DNA from: Lama glama
Lineage: Eukaryota
Reading direction: 5' to 3'
Assembly: GCA_028534125.1 (NCBI GenBank)
Contig: CM052817.1
Location: 13,704,001-13,768,000, forward strand
Length of the DNA stretch: 64,000 nt
Shown: one piece after another, positions 1 to 12,289 of the stretch
How the letters are laid out: each line of letters starts with the position of its first letter
Position numbering within the stretch: position 1 is the stretch's first letter
Made by a program: the position numbers and the translations under genes
The notes under the pieces: generated by a model
Seen by the model: only the letters and a program-made list of their open reading frames with translations
Databases searched by the model: none
What the model was told of the DNA's origin: nothing

Positions 1-39
1 TAATAGTAAATTATTAATTTTAGAAATTTTTGCAACCTC

Positions 40-318
40 AATATGTTGAGAATTTCCTAAGCCATCAAGGCTTGTTTCCTTTTTGTTTTAACAATTTATT
101 TCTTCCTCATATTTTACTATAAGCAGCAAGCAGATGCCAGGCTGTACCTTCAACATTTTGCTTGGAAATTTCCACAGTTAAATGTCCATTTCATTATTCA
201 CAAGTTAACTTTAATCATAACTGCACAGTCCCTTTTATCATGTAAGTTAGTATGGCGAAGATTTCAGGGGATTAGAACTTACATATCTTTGAGGGCTTAT
301 TATTTTGCCTAATACTCA
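40..318 (-). mobile_element. MaLR (MLT1-family) LTR fragment
   Basis: 240-318 is the reverse complement of the MLT1 LTR start (tgtggtaggcagaataat...gtcctaatccctggaacc...ttacatg). The upstream part resembles MaLR LTR interior. Confidence 0.6.
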
Positions 319-339
319 TTACCATAACTAAAGCAGTAA

Positions 340-2658
340 TTGAAGGACAGAGGAACAAAGAGACATAAGATATACAGAAAATAAATATCAAAATGGCAGA
401 CTTAATTCACACCTTATCAGTAATTCAGATTACATTATATGTAAATAGTTTTAACACCACAAACAAAAAGTAGAGATTGGTGAAATAAATTTTTAGATCT
501 TTTTTTAATACCTACCCAATGAAAATAGTTGGTGAATTCAATATAGCACTTTAAATAACGCATAGGAAAACTAGCCGGAAGATCAACAAAGAAAATGAAG
601 GCCTGAATACTATTCGTCAGTTAGACCTAATGGACATCTATACAGCATCCTACCAAACACTGCAGAATACACACTGGGTACACATGAAACAGTCTCCAAA
701 ACAGACTACAGATGAGACCATTAAAAACTCAATACATTTAAAAAGATTGAAATCATAGAGAATAGAAAAAAAAAAGAACTAAGCCCAAAATTATTAGGAG
801 GAAGAAAACAATAAAGATCAGAGCAGAAATAAATAAAATGGAGACTAAAAGAATAGAAAAGATCAGCAAAATTAAGAGGTGGTTTTTTGAAAAGATAAAC
901 AAAACAGACAAAACCTTTTACAAAAATCAAAAAGAGAGAAAATTCAAATGGAATTATGAATGAAAGCAGAGACAATATAACTGATACCACAGAAATACAA
1001 AGGATTATTAGAGATTGTTGTAAGAAATTATACATCAACAAATTAGAAACTTTAGAGGAAATGGATAAATTCCTAGAAACATACAATCTCTAAGACTACA
1101 TCATGAAGGAATAGAAAATCTGAACAGACCATTACTAGTACTGAGATTTAATCAAAAACCTCCCAACAAAGAAAGTACAAAACCAGATGGCTTCATTGGT
1201 GAGTTCTACCAAACATTTAAAGAATTAATACCAATTTTTCTCAAATTCTTCCCCCCAAAAAAGAAGAGGAGGGAATATTTCCAAACTCATCTTATGAGGC
1301 TGGCATTTACCTGTTACCAAAACTAGACAAGGGCACTACAAAAAAATAAGATTATCAGCCATTATTCCTAATAAACATTGATTCAACGGGCCTCAACACA
1401 GTATTAGCAAACTGAATTCAACAATACACTGAAAAGATCATACACCATTATCAAGGGATTTATTCCAGGGATAAAAGAATTGTTCAACATCCACAAATCA
1501 ACTAATGCGATACACTAAATAAAGAAAATGAAGGAAGAAAATCACATGATCATTGCAATAGAAGCAGAAAAAGCATCTGACAAAATTCAACATCCACTCA
1601 TGATAAAAACTCAACTAAGTGAGTATAAAGGGAGTGCTCCTCAACGTAACAGAGCTCATACATGACAAGCTCACAGATAACACCGTGCTCAGTGGTGAAA
1701 AGCTGAAAGCATTTCTTCTAAGATTAGGAACAGACTCATAAATCAATGGAACAGAATACATAGCCTAGAAATAAACTCATGCGTATATGGTCAATTAATT
1801 TTTGACCAAGGAGCCAAGAATATACACGGGGAAAGGACAGCCTCTTCAATAAATGATGCCAGGAAAATTGGACAGCCACATGTAAAAGATTGAAACTGGA
1901 CCTCTATTTCACATCATATAAAAAATCAACTCAAAGTTGAGCAAAGACTTAAATTTAAAATCTGCAACTGTAAAACCTCTTGAAGAAAACATAAGGAGTA
2001 AGCACCTTGACATCAGTCTTGGCAATAATTCTTTTGATTCAAAAACAAAATCAAAGGCAACAAAAGCAAAAATGAACAAGTGGGACTACATCAAAGTTAA
2101 AAGCTTTTGCACAGCAAAGGAAACCATCAACAAAATGAAAAAGCAACCTATGGAGTAAGAGAAAATATTTGCAAATTGTTTATCTGGTAAGAGGTAAATA
2201 TCCAAACTATATAGTCAAAAAAGTCAAACATTCTGATTAAAAATTGAGTAGACAAACCAGACATTTTTCCAAAGATGATACACACATGGCTAAAAGGCGC
2301 ATGAAAAGGTGCTTAATATCATTAATCACCATGGAAATGAAAATCACAACTACAGTGAGATTCACCTCATGCCTGTTAGAATGGTTATCATTAAAAAGAC
2401 AAGAGATAGCAAGTGTTGGTGAGGATGTGGAGAAAAGCAAAATCTTGTGTATTGTTGGTGGGGTTGTACATTGGTGCAACCAACTATGGAAAGCAGTGCA
2501 GAGAAGCAATCCTACTTCTGGGTATTTATCAAAAGAAATGAAAACAGGCTATCAAAGAGATATTTGCACTGCCATGTTCATTTCAGCATTATTCACAATC
2601 TCCAAGATAGAGAAACAACCTAAGTGTCCATCAATGACTGAACAGGCAAAGAAGATAT

Positions 2659-2696
<38 letters not shown>

Positions 2697-3205
2697 GACA
2701 CACACACACAATGGAATCATACTTAGCTATTTATTACAAAGAAGAAAATTCTGCCTCTTGCGGAAACATGGATGGACTTGAAGGTGTTACGCTAAGTGAA
2801 ATAAGCTAGACAGAAAGACAATACTGCATGGTATTACTTACACATGGGATCTTTAAAAAGAGTCAAATTCATAGAAACAGTAGAAAAGTGTTTGCAAGGG
2901 GCTAGAGATGGAGGAAATAGGGAAGGGTTGGTAAAAAGGTAAAAACTTTCAGCTATAAGATGAATAAAGTCTGATGATCTAATGTATAACATGGTGACTA
3001 TATGCAATATCACTATATTGTATAATTGAAATTTTCAAAGAGAATGGAACTTAAATGTTCTCAAAAAAAGAAAAAAGATAAATTTGTGAGGTGATGGACA
3101 TATGTTAATGAACTATAGGGGGAAATCCTTTCACAATGTACATGTATATCAAATCATCCCAACGTACACTTTAAATATGTTACACTTTTGTCAATTATAA
3201 CTTAA
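340..3205 (+). mobile_element. Degenerate LINE-1 (L1MA-type): broken ORF2 plus 3' UTR, internally deleted
   Basis: Recognisable ORF2 peptides: KATKAKMNKWDYIKVKSFCTAKETINKMKKQPME (1937-2158) and DICTAMFISALFTISKIEKQPKCPS (2244-2660). RT-region DNA (gcagaaaaagcatctgacaaaattcaacatcc) is present. L1MA-like 3' UTR at 2800-3205. Many stops and frameshifts. Confidence 0.95.
2662..2693. repeat. (AT)n microsatellite inside L1
   Basis: Direct reading, about 16 units. Confidence 0.95.
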
Positions 3206-5059
3206 TCACAAAGATAGATAAAGGGAGAAAATATAAGAGTGTCTTGCACATAGCAAGGGTAAATATTGTTTTTTAAAACTTGTGTTAGTTATATGAAAAC
3301 ATAGACAAATATGTAGATTTATGCATCTCCCTGTAAAATGTACTTATTACTATGACTTGAGGTAAAAGAAGTTAGAAAAATCTTTTTTCAGGCCATGGCT
3401 TCCTCCGTACTGCTACAGCAGTCACCATTTCTCAGTATACGTTTCTCTTACGAATTTGCAGAAACGTCTCCTGTGTTAATTAATGGGTGATACAGAAGAT
3501 GTTAGTACCCTGTATGGCAGAGGTATTACCAATCCAGAGGGTTAGTGAAGCATAGACTCAGAGGTCTCCAGTTCTGCCAAATGTTAAAAAATAAGTAAAT
3601 GGCTATAAATGAAATAAGATACTAGAAAAATAATCATATGTCCAGAGAAGCTTTACAGGTGGTAACATGAGCTGAGCTAATAGAGGGGTTGACGGCCTTT
3701 CTGAAATGGTTCTGCCCATTTTAGTTCCTGGTTTTAAAACATGCTTCCGCCTTAAGTCACAGACGTTATTCCAAGAATAGATTTGACTTAATTACCTATA
3801 CCTTTAAAATGTAAAATGCCTTTCCAAGAGAAGCCTAGGTTTTAGTTAAATTATTCTCTTAGATTGTCTTCTCTCTAAGATGAGGGTAAGTTTTATGTTG
3901 AAGTGAAGACAGTGGAGGGATCTTAAGGAATCTGCCCTGGGGCACACAGACGGTGAGGGACTCTCACGTAACTTTTTTTAAATGTTCGGCTTACTGAGGG
4001 TAAATTTATTACATCACTTCCTACCTCCGAGGATTGTTTTGAGAACTAAACGTGATAATATCTGGAACACGTAGGACACTTTCCACGATGTACTAGTGAG
4101 AGTTTCTCCCATGTCCCACTGCCCATCTGTTCCCTTTTGCTCTAAATTCTAAGTTACAGACTCTTAGATAACCCAGGCAAAATTGGACGAGGCTAAAGTT
4201 GCACTTGAAAATCATCTTAGGGTTCTGAAGAGGAGAGAGAGAGAAGTTTTTATGGCCAGTTGGGTGGGTTGAAACGCTTTCCTGCCCTGTAAAGGCGGAG
4301 GTAGACTAACCATGGACAAGCACATGGGAGAGAAACTCTTGAATCTAGTTCCTGCTCCCTGGATCTCCACTGTTAGAGGCCCCTGAACTCCTTCAGGGAG
4401 GTTGCTGTCAGAAGTATACCTTTGTGCTGGTTGGTGAGCATCCTTAGGGAACACAAGTGGCCCACCCCTCCCCAGGCTGGTCTTCATGCTTTTATGCTGA
4501 TGTGGGAGCCTTTAAACACATAGAGGCCTCAAACTGGATGTAATGTCAAAACAATGACTTTCTTCGAATTCTCTTATTGTTGTTTTACTTGAATTCCTAT
4601 TACATAAAAAATTTTAGTTTCAATAGTTTACACAACTTCTGTGTCCAAAACACTTATTACTGAGTTCTTTCCATAGAAGTAAAACTTGAACTTTATTTTT
4701 TAATGTTTCAGTGGGAGACTTCATCTAATACACAAAGCTTTTAAAAACAGTCTTGTTTCTCACTCTTAGTCAAGCCACACATGAATTGACTGACTTAACA
4801 AATGGTTTGTCTACTGGAAGATTTCAGGACTTTGATAGTTTGCTTTTATCAAGATCATTTTTACTTACAATAACATTAATAATAAATTATATTATATATT
4901 ATATAATTTATATATATTTGTGTAATAATAAATGTGACTACTTCAGAAGCACAATAAAATGTATAGTTAATAATTGCTACTAGATTGAAGTGTTTATCGA
5001 TTAGAATTTGTGTAACTGAAGTAGGATAAAAGGGACTCCAGTATTGTTTGTTTGTTTAC

Positions 5060-5450
5060 TGTAGCAAACACAGTGGCTGTCTTAGCCATATCCGCTCGAC
5101 CTATCTTGGAGGACACTACAGCTGCCTGAGGGTGCCCCCTGAGCCCAGAAATATGCCTACCAGGGAGGTAATGGCATGGCAGCAACCTTCACCCAACATC
5201 CAAGCAGCAGCCCTGGTCCCACTGGGCAGTTCCACACGGTCTCTAAGGGTCTCTAAGAGGTTCTCTATGAGACTGAGCCGCCCACACAGCTGATTTGATT
5301 TGCCCTTTTTTAACCTTTCCTTCTATCTTTGCCCGGCTTTCTCATTCAGATGGATTCCTGGGGTCACTTCCCAAACAAACTCCTTGCACCAAAATGCTTG
5401 TCTTGGCATCTGATTTCAGCAGGAGGGAGAGGGGAGCCTTAACTAAGACA
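5060..5450 (+). mobile_element. ERVL LTR16/LTR33-like solo LTR
   Basis: Begins TG and ends aactaagaca. Contains cacttcccaaacaaactccttgcac...ttgtctt, typical of the LTR16 3' end. Confidence 0.65.
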
Positions 5451-5650
5451 TGTATTTGTTAAATTTTTGAGGCTTATTGAATCCTTCCTCTGTGCCAGAC
5501 ATCTTTCATTTATTATGTCTGAATCCTCAGCAACAGTAGGTCTATTATTTTAATACTCATTTTACAGATGATGAATTGAAGCTTATAGAGAATAGAATTT
5601 ATAAATCATAGCAAGTGGCAAAGCTCAGCATCAATTTCTACTTTTCTGTT
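5451..5650 (-). mobile_element. MIR SINE
   Basis: cattttacagatgatgaattgaagc is the antisense MIR core. Confidence 0.75.
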
Positions 5651-6053
5651 GCTTCTGTCATTCTATTAACATCCTTTGCTTTTCTGCTGTGAGTTCTAAT
5701 CAATAAATTGAACATAGACTAACTGCTGTTACAGAGTTATATTCTCTAAAATTCAAATTTCTGACTGAGTTTTGACCTATGGGATATGAAGTTGTGTCTT
5801 TTTGCTGTGATTCAGGCAAAGAAGGCTCTTCTCTCCTGGGCAATCTACCTCTCATGGACTCTACAGCTCATGCGATCCCTGCTCTTGGCTTCATTTTCCT
5901 TAGATGAAAAGCCTTGATCTAAACCATCTTTAGGATCACTTAACGAGTTAATGTTACACAAACCTAAATGGTGGGTAGTCTAGTCCCTCTGGCGGATCCT
6001 ACTACTCTAGTTTTTTGTCTTATGTCGAATTCTCTTTATAAACACTTCTAAAG

Positions 6054-6250
6054 CAGAGATCAGCAAACTTTTTCTATAAAGCGCCAGACAAAATATCTTA
6101 GGCATTCTGGTCTGTAAGGTGTCAGCTGCAATTACTCAATCATGCCATTGTAGCTGGAAAGCAGCAAAAGATAATACATAAAAGAATGATGTGGTTGTGT
6201 TCCAAAGAAACTGTTTACTGAAACAGGCAGCAAAGCCACTGGACCTTCTC
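6054..6250 (+). mobile_element. MER58A-like hAT-Charlie DNA transposon
   Basis: cagagatcagcaaactttttctataaagcgccag...ctcaatcatgccattgtagc...ggttgtgttccaaagaaactgttta matches the MER58A layout. Confidence 0.8.
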
Positions 6251-6974
6251 CACGTAGCACACAGAAAACACTTTCCCAAAGTCCTCGTGTCAAGATGTGG
6301 CAGACGAGAGATGGCAGGAAAATTCCAAACAGTCCTTCTATTCTTTGTCTCCCTGGTCTCCTAGGCACTTTGGAGCTCCTTCCCATAGAGCTCCTCAAAG
6401 AAGCAAAGGAAAAAGAAAGCTTTTCCTGTGTCTTTCTTATCTGAGCCTATCTGAGTGGCTTCTGTTTGACAGGGAGTGTTTTGTGTTTGTGTTTGTGCTG
6501 GGCTTAAGGGCTGAGAACAGTCAATACTCAAGGGTGCTGTCGTCTGAAGAGCGGGAGGACATATAAACACTGCATTTGGATGTTCTCTCCTTTTGAACAG
6601 TTTCTGACCAGGTTTGCTTGCTAAGGGTCTATTATTGGCATTTTCATTATAACTCCTCTAACACTAAGCTTTTTCAAAGGACTTATGACTCAGAATAAAC
6701 ATTTCCTTAAGTTTGAATCTGGCATACTTGATGTTATTCAAGGGGTACATTTCTTTGCAGAGACTCTCCGTGGAAAACGCCCTGAGCCTCTTTTAGGGAG
6801 CCCGAAAGATCCTGAAAAGGAAATTGCTGCCTCCTGCTTGAAATTTTCGTCAGCTCTCTGAGCCTACAATGAATAAACACAGTCTAAAATGATTTCCTAT
6901 CCAATCTGTATTGAAAATCTCTCCTGGACTCATGATCTGTAATTGATGATAGTTCAGGAAACCTATGTAAGTAT

Positions 6975-7082
6975 CTTAGAGCTGTGGAAAGATGAAATAG
7001 GCTTCCTTGTGAAGCAATGAGTTTCTTGTCATTAGATGTAATCAGACAGAAGTTGAGTAACAACTCACCCATGATGCTGCTT
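6975..7082 (+). mobile_element. L3/CR1 3' fragment
   Basis: gatgaaataggcttccttgtgaagcaatgagtttcttgtcattagatgtaatcagacagaagttg resembles the conserved L3 3' segment. Confidence 0.6.
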
Positions 7083-9839
7083 AGAGATTTTGCTTTAGGT
7101 GAGGGTTTGAGCAAACAGGTTCCCAGAGCCCCACTTACCCACCTGTTAGGGAGAACTGAAGCCGGTTAGAAAGGCTGCCTGGACTGTACACCTTCCTTCC
7201 CTAACCTCTCCTCCTTGAATTGGGGAAGCTCGCTTTTTTTTTTTTTACCTGATTTACATGCTGAACATTTAGGATGCTTCCTTTAAAGAAAATGTTGTGC
7301 TAATAATAATTTTTAAAAATAAAGAAAATAAATGTTAACCCAGAAGAGATTTCCATTTCTTCTACCTCTTAAGATCTTAAATTTCCTACAAGGAGGCTTT
7401 GACACATTCCAAATGCGAACTCCTCCCTTTCCATCCTCCTCTGAAGTGTCTCCTGACCTCCACTCAGCAAGTATGAAACCTGTTTATTCTTGGTAAATTT
7501 TACAGTTGACTTCTGATGCAAGTGTAGAAAATTCCCCATAGGTTTTTCCATTCACAGGGAATAGCCACTGGGTTTAAGGTTTTGACCATTATTAATAAGT
7601 AAAGTCTTCAAAAATCTATCAGAGCTGTGTTCACTGAGAACTCAGTCCTTTAGGAACAAAAGAAAACCTTTAGTTAATACCCATTGGCAGACAATATCTT
7701 GGCTCTAGAGGCACAGTCTTTGTGCTATTTCCCCACCTGACTTTTAGATTTTTCTCCATCTTTAAAGCTGAGATTCTTCTAAGTAAAAATTGAAATAGCA
7801 TAGAGAAAACCCCCAAAATATTAGCATCAAACATGTATCAGGTATGGTATGTACTCAATAAAAATGTACTGAATGAATAAATCATTGGGGGTCATTATTA
7901 TAGACGTTCTATATCGAATCCTTCTACAAAAAGAAAAACATCTTGAAACAAACATCTGATTTAAATACTGGGTCAATGTGGAATTTTATAGTAATTTGGG
8001 AAAACTGCTTCTGGTGGCAAACTTTAAAGCAATAGGCAGGCATTCAGCTTATGCAGAAACTACTACAGATGAAAAATATTGATTTCTTCAGTTGTGTAGG
8101 CTCTGAAGGAAACGATATACGGTTTTTCTGGCAAAAGCTAATGAATTTATGGCAAAAATAAATTTGCCTTGTATGGCAAGTGTCATAAACACATAATTAT
8201 CTGATAAATATAATTCCATTTGTTTTTCCAGGTAATTGATATTTTAAATATTTGCAGAGGGCCATAGCAAAAAAAAAAAAAAAAGGAATGTATGTCTTCC
8301 ATATAAAATCTAACCAGTTGGCAGGTGAGAAAGAGGAAAATTCTTCCCCAGATCATCCCTATGATCCAATTCACACGTATAGAGAGTCCTTTCCTGAACC
8401 CTAGAGTTCTGGCACAGAACAGAACCAAACCCAATTACGTGTCACCCTAAAGCTTCATCAGGAGACTCACTTGTATTTGTTTAACGATCAGTATTAAAAC
8501 CAGATCAGCCTGGAGGCTTTAGTTGTCCTGGATGGATACAATTTGGCTCTTTGATAACACAAGCTGTGTGGAGGACGTTCTCTCTGGGCTCTCTGTGCAC
8601 TCTATGCTGCGAATGCAGAGTGAGTAAAATTAGAATGGCCTTAAGCTTCAGCCACTGTCTCTAATGCCCTAAGACCAAGGGGTCTCTCTGTCTTTACCCT
8701 GGGTTTCCTGAGCATGGTAGCCTGTGATGCTTCTCAAAGTTGAGTTCTGGGTGGCTGGGGCAGCCTTGGACATCTTTTGTTACAGTGCTGGTTTTCCTTT
8801 TTCTGTCCCCCGTGGAGGGGATACATTAGTTTTCAAGGCACAGCGTCAGTTCCATCTGTCATCCTCAGCATTTAGGGAGATTACATGCCAGACAAAAGAG
8901 TTACTGAATGAATTAAAAGTAAATGTCACTTTCTAAAACTCAGCCTAGTAAACACAGCTTGGGGAAATATTTCCTTTCCCCCGAGTTACAGCTATTGGAG
9001 TCAGGCAATATGGCACCTCAGACCCGGGTCACATCTGGAGAACCTCACAGCTGCCCCGCACCCTGTGGTAAGGATCAGCGGACGGTTCTTTCTCACTATC
9101 AGTTGCAGAGCCTGAAAGGGGAAGCTTCCATGAGATCCAGAAACAGCACATCACAGTCCAGCATGATCAATAGGACAACCCCACAATGGCCCAAAGCAAG
9201 TCCCTTCTCTTATCCTGGCTCTCAATTAGTTTTGCTTTTAATGGACATGAATCTGGGCTGATGGTTTCTAGAAGTTTCTCAGATGCAATGTTTTGTGTGA
9301 CAGCATCAAGCTTCCTTTCTTATCTCAGTGGTTACTTAGTTCCCGTTCTCATCTTTAGTACACAGAAGAACAGTTGCCTCTCTGTTGAATTTGTCTGGTT
9401 TCTTAAATAGTGAACCCTTCACTTTGCCTGCAGTTGTCGAAGCTAATTTTAATATGTATCAAAAACCATTTTGAGGTTAAAATATGACATTTCACTAATC
9501 ATTCAAATAAAAAAGCAGAGTGGTTGAAACTGCCATGTGCTCTGTAGCAACTACAAATGAGCAATAGCAATCTCTGCCTTCTATCTCTGTGGCTCTGAAA
9601 TTTACAGCAACCAGAAATGCATAACGACCTGAGTTTCACAAGTTATGAGTCATGTTCAGATTCTGTGGGCCCAGCAAATTCTCATTGGTGGTGATGCATA
9701 GTCATTGGAAAAAAAAAATACAATCTCTGACCTCAAGCCTCCGTTAACTGGGAGGCTGGTATAGATGGTAGAAGTGGAAACTGTTTAGGAAAAGGAAGAC
9801 AGGAGAACTAGCGTTTACTGAGACTCCCCAATGTATTAT

Positions 9840-10300
9840 TGCAGTGGACACCACTGATGCTCTGCCTGCATCCCCTGGGGTCCCCGTCACCAGCTTTTAC
9901 AGCCTTTGGCTGCTTCAGTCAGCTTTTGCTCCCTCTAATGGCCTGCATCTGTGACTCAGCTTGGCTGGATGGCCCTTGGGTTGCTGAAGTCCCTGTGTCC
10001 ACAGGGGCAGAGAATGGGAAATGCCTTAGGTCTATGGCCCCACTGTTACCTTAAGCCAAATTGGTTAGTGAGGGAGGAAGAAGGCCCAGCATTTTGGCCA
10101 TAAGTCATGGCAAACCCTGAAGAATAATTTGCACAACAGAGATCCTCTCTATAGGATCACGGTAAGGTTGGGACTTTGCCTGAAACCATGCCTTTGCTTG
10201 GTTCTTCCTCTCCTCTCCTCCCTTCCGCCCTTCTCCTGGGAGCACTCCCTGAGTAAACCACTTGCCCAGAATCCTTGTCTCAGGGTCTGCTTGGGATACA
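9840..10300 (+). mobile_element. ERVL LTR16-family solo LTR
   Basis: TG start. 3' end ttctcctgggagcactccctgagtaaaccacttgcccagaatccttgtctcagggtctgctt is LTR16-typical. Confidence 0.8.
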
Positions 10301-12138
10301 CTGGGTTGGACCTTTCACTTGTACTCTGTTACATATGCTATGCTTTTTGCATATATTATCTTACATATGCTATGCCTTTTTATATATATTGTATATTTAA
10401 TTTGCACAATTCTAGGAGGAAATTGAGGATCAGAGATTTTAATTAACCTGCCCAATATCCTAGAGCAGGTGTTGGAGGTACATGCCTCTTGAACCTTAGT
10501 CTTATTCCTTTCTTTATTGCATTTTATCCTCAGCCTGGCAAAGGATATGGAAAGCATAAATGCTATGTTGGGAATAAATGCACTTGGAGATAGATGGCCT
10601 TCACAAACTGGGCCCTATGAAAATACTAACTTCTTAACAACAGGATATCAGCTGAGAAGGAAAAGATAAGCCCAGGTTTGTGTTCTATGTTTGCTGAAAA
10701 ATGTATAAAGCATCAAGCACATCTCTTGGCACTGGAAGCAAAGGGAGTCTTAAAAACTGCTACGTGAGTTGTTTCATGTCTACTTTTAAAAATAAAATAC
10801 TTAACTGAGAAGTTGCTAGATTCACTGTAACATGGTCTTTGCTTGAGACAAATCTTTGCAAATAGTAGATCAATAAAGTCACCCTTTGCTGCCTCCCGAG
10901 GAAGTTAACAAGCTTGACAGAAAATGATGAAGACCCAGAAAGCCTTCAGTTTGGATTTTTTATAACAAATTAGTTCAAATTAATGGCCTCAAATGGATAG
11001 AATTAGAGTCCCCGTTTAGCTTGCTCTTTCTCATTAATTACTTCCACTGTGCTTCTGCCACAATTAGTTTTACAAAGCAGCCCTGAAAGCAAACAAAAGA
11101 ATGCTTCCCACATCTGCCACGATGAAAGACTCTTCTTAGATTGTCATTAAATTTACACCAAAGATTCCATTATCTTTTGCTTTTTTCTTTTTCACCTTCA
11201 GTGCTTGGGGAATTCAGAGATGCCACAGCTGCAGGGCTATCGATGACTCACGCAGGAAGCACTGCCAACAGTCCCTCAGGGCCGGGACTTTTAGACGGGC
11301 CTCCTTCTCCTGCATTCCCAGAGCATCCAAGTGAGACACACAAGTACTGCCCACTTCACCATCCACTGAAGGGCTTTGAATGCCTTCACTAATATTAGGT
11401 GATGGCAAAGTGGGAAGTAAAATTTCTGAAGTCAGAGTCCTACCACACAGTTGGAAGAATGACTTATCAGGCATGAAACTCTTGGAAAATGGGTTGATAA
11501 TCTATAAACATTTGCTGCACAAATGCAGATCAACCAATGCACACTAAATGGCAAGCATTTTACAGACATCAGCTTTGCAAGGCAAGTGCTATTAACTCTT
11601 CAATTTGCCCAGAAGTCTGAGTCGGAGATTGCAAACTTGCTCACTCCAGTAAGCAGAAAAGCTGAGATTCAACATCATAAATCTCCAGTTTGAGCTCAGT
11701 GTCCCAGCTCCTTTACAATGTACCCGTGGGCTCAGTGGTCCAAAATGGGAAAGGCTGCAGCATGCAGAGGCCCCCGTGAATTCCCTGGGCTATCATCCCC
11801 ATGTTTGTGTAGGTGAATTGACACAGTTTTGCCAACTGTACAAGACTGAGAGGGAAGCCAAAAGTGGCAGACATGGGGCAGATATATCTGCAGAAACAGG
11901 CTTCAGGAGAGAGCAGCAGAAAATCTTTTGTAGCTGTAAACAGACATCACTTCTGAGCCCTGGAATCCCCTATAAGAACCCAGTACACTGTTCTACACTA
12001 TTCAATTTTTAAGCCCTTTCTTTTAGGTGCCTACTGTATGTCAGATCCCTGCCTTCAAAGAACCCACATTCTAAAAGGAGAGACAAAATAAACTGGACAA
12101 TTTCAGGTTATTATAAGTTCTCTTTTAAGGAAACGGGT

Positions 12139-12289
12139 GGGGAGGGGATAGTGATAGAGCACATGCTTATCATGCATATCCTAGGTTCAATCCCCAGGAC
12201 CTCCATTAAGAAAATCAATAAAAATAAATAAATAAATAAACAAACAAACCTAATTAACACCCCCCCCCCACAAAAAGGGGGAAAAAAAA
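12139..12289 (+). mobile_element. Camelid tRNA-Ala-derived SINE (Vic-1-like) with A-rich tail
   Basis: ggggaggggatag..tagagcacatgcttatcatgca..ggttcaatccccaggacctcca, then (AAAT)n-aacctaatta-Cn tail. B box intact, A box partly deleted. Confidence 0.85.

Noticed and set aside
1937..2660. ORFs with L1 ORF2 peptides
   Set aside because: Fragments of a dead L1 with frameshifts and stops, not a host CDS. The same applies to 39735-40004 and 57597-57785.
3864..3892. GAGG|GTAAGT donor and micro-exon
   Set aside because: The context resembles a decayed MIR core and nothing else supports it.
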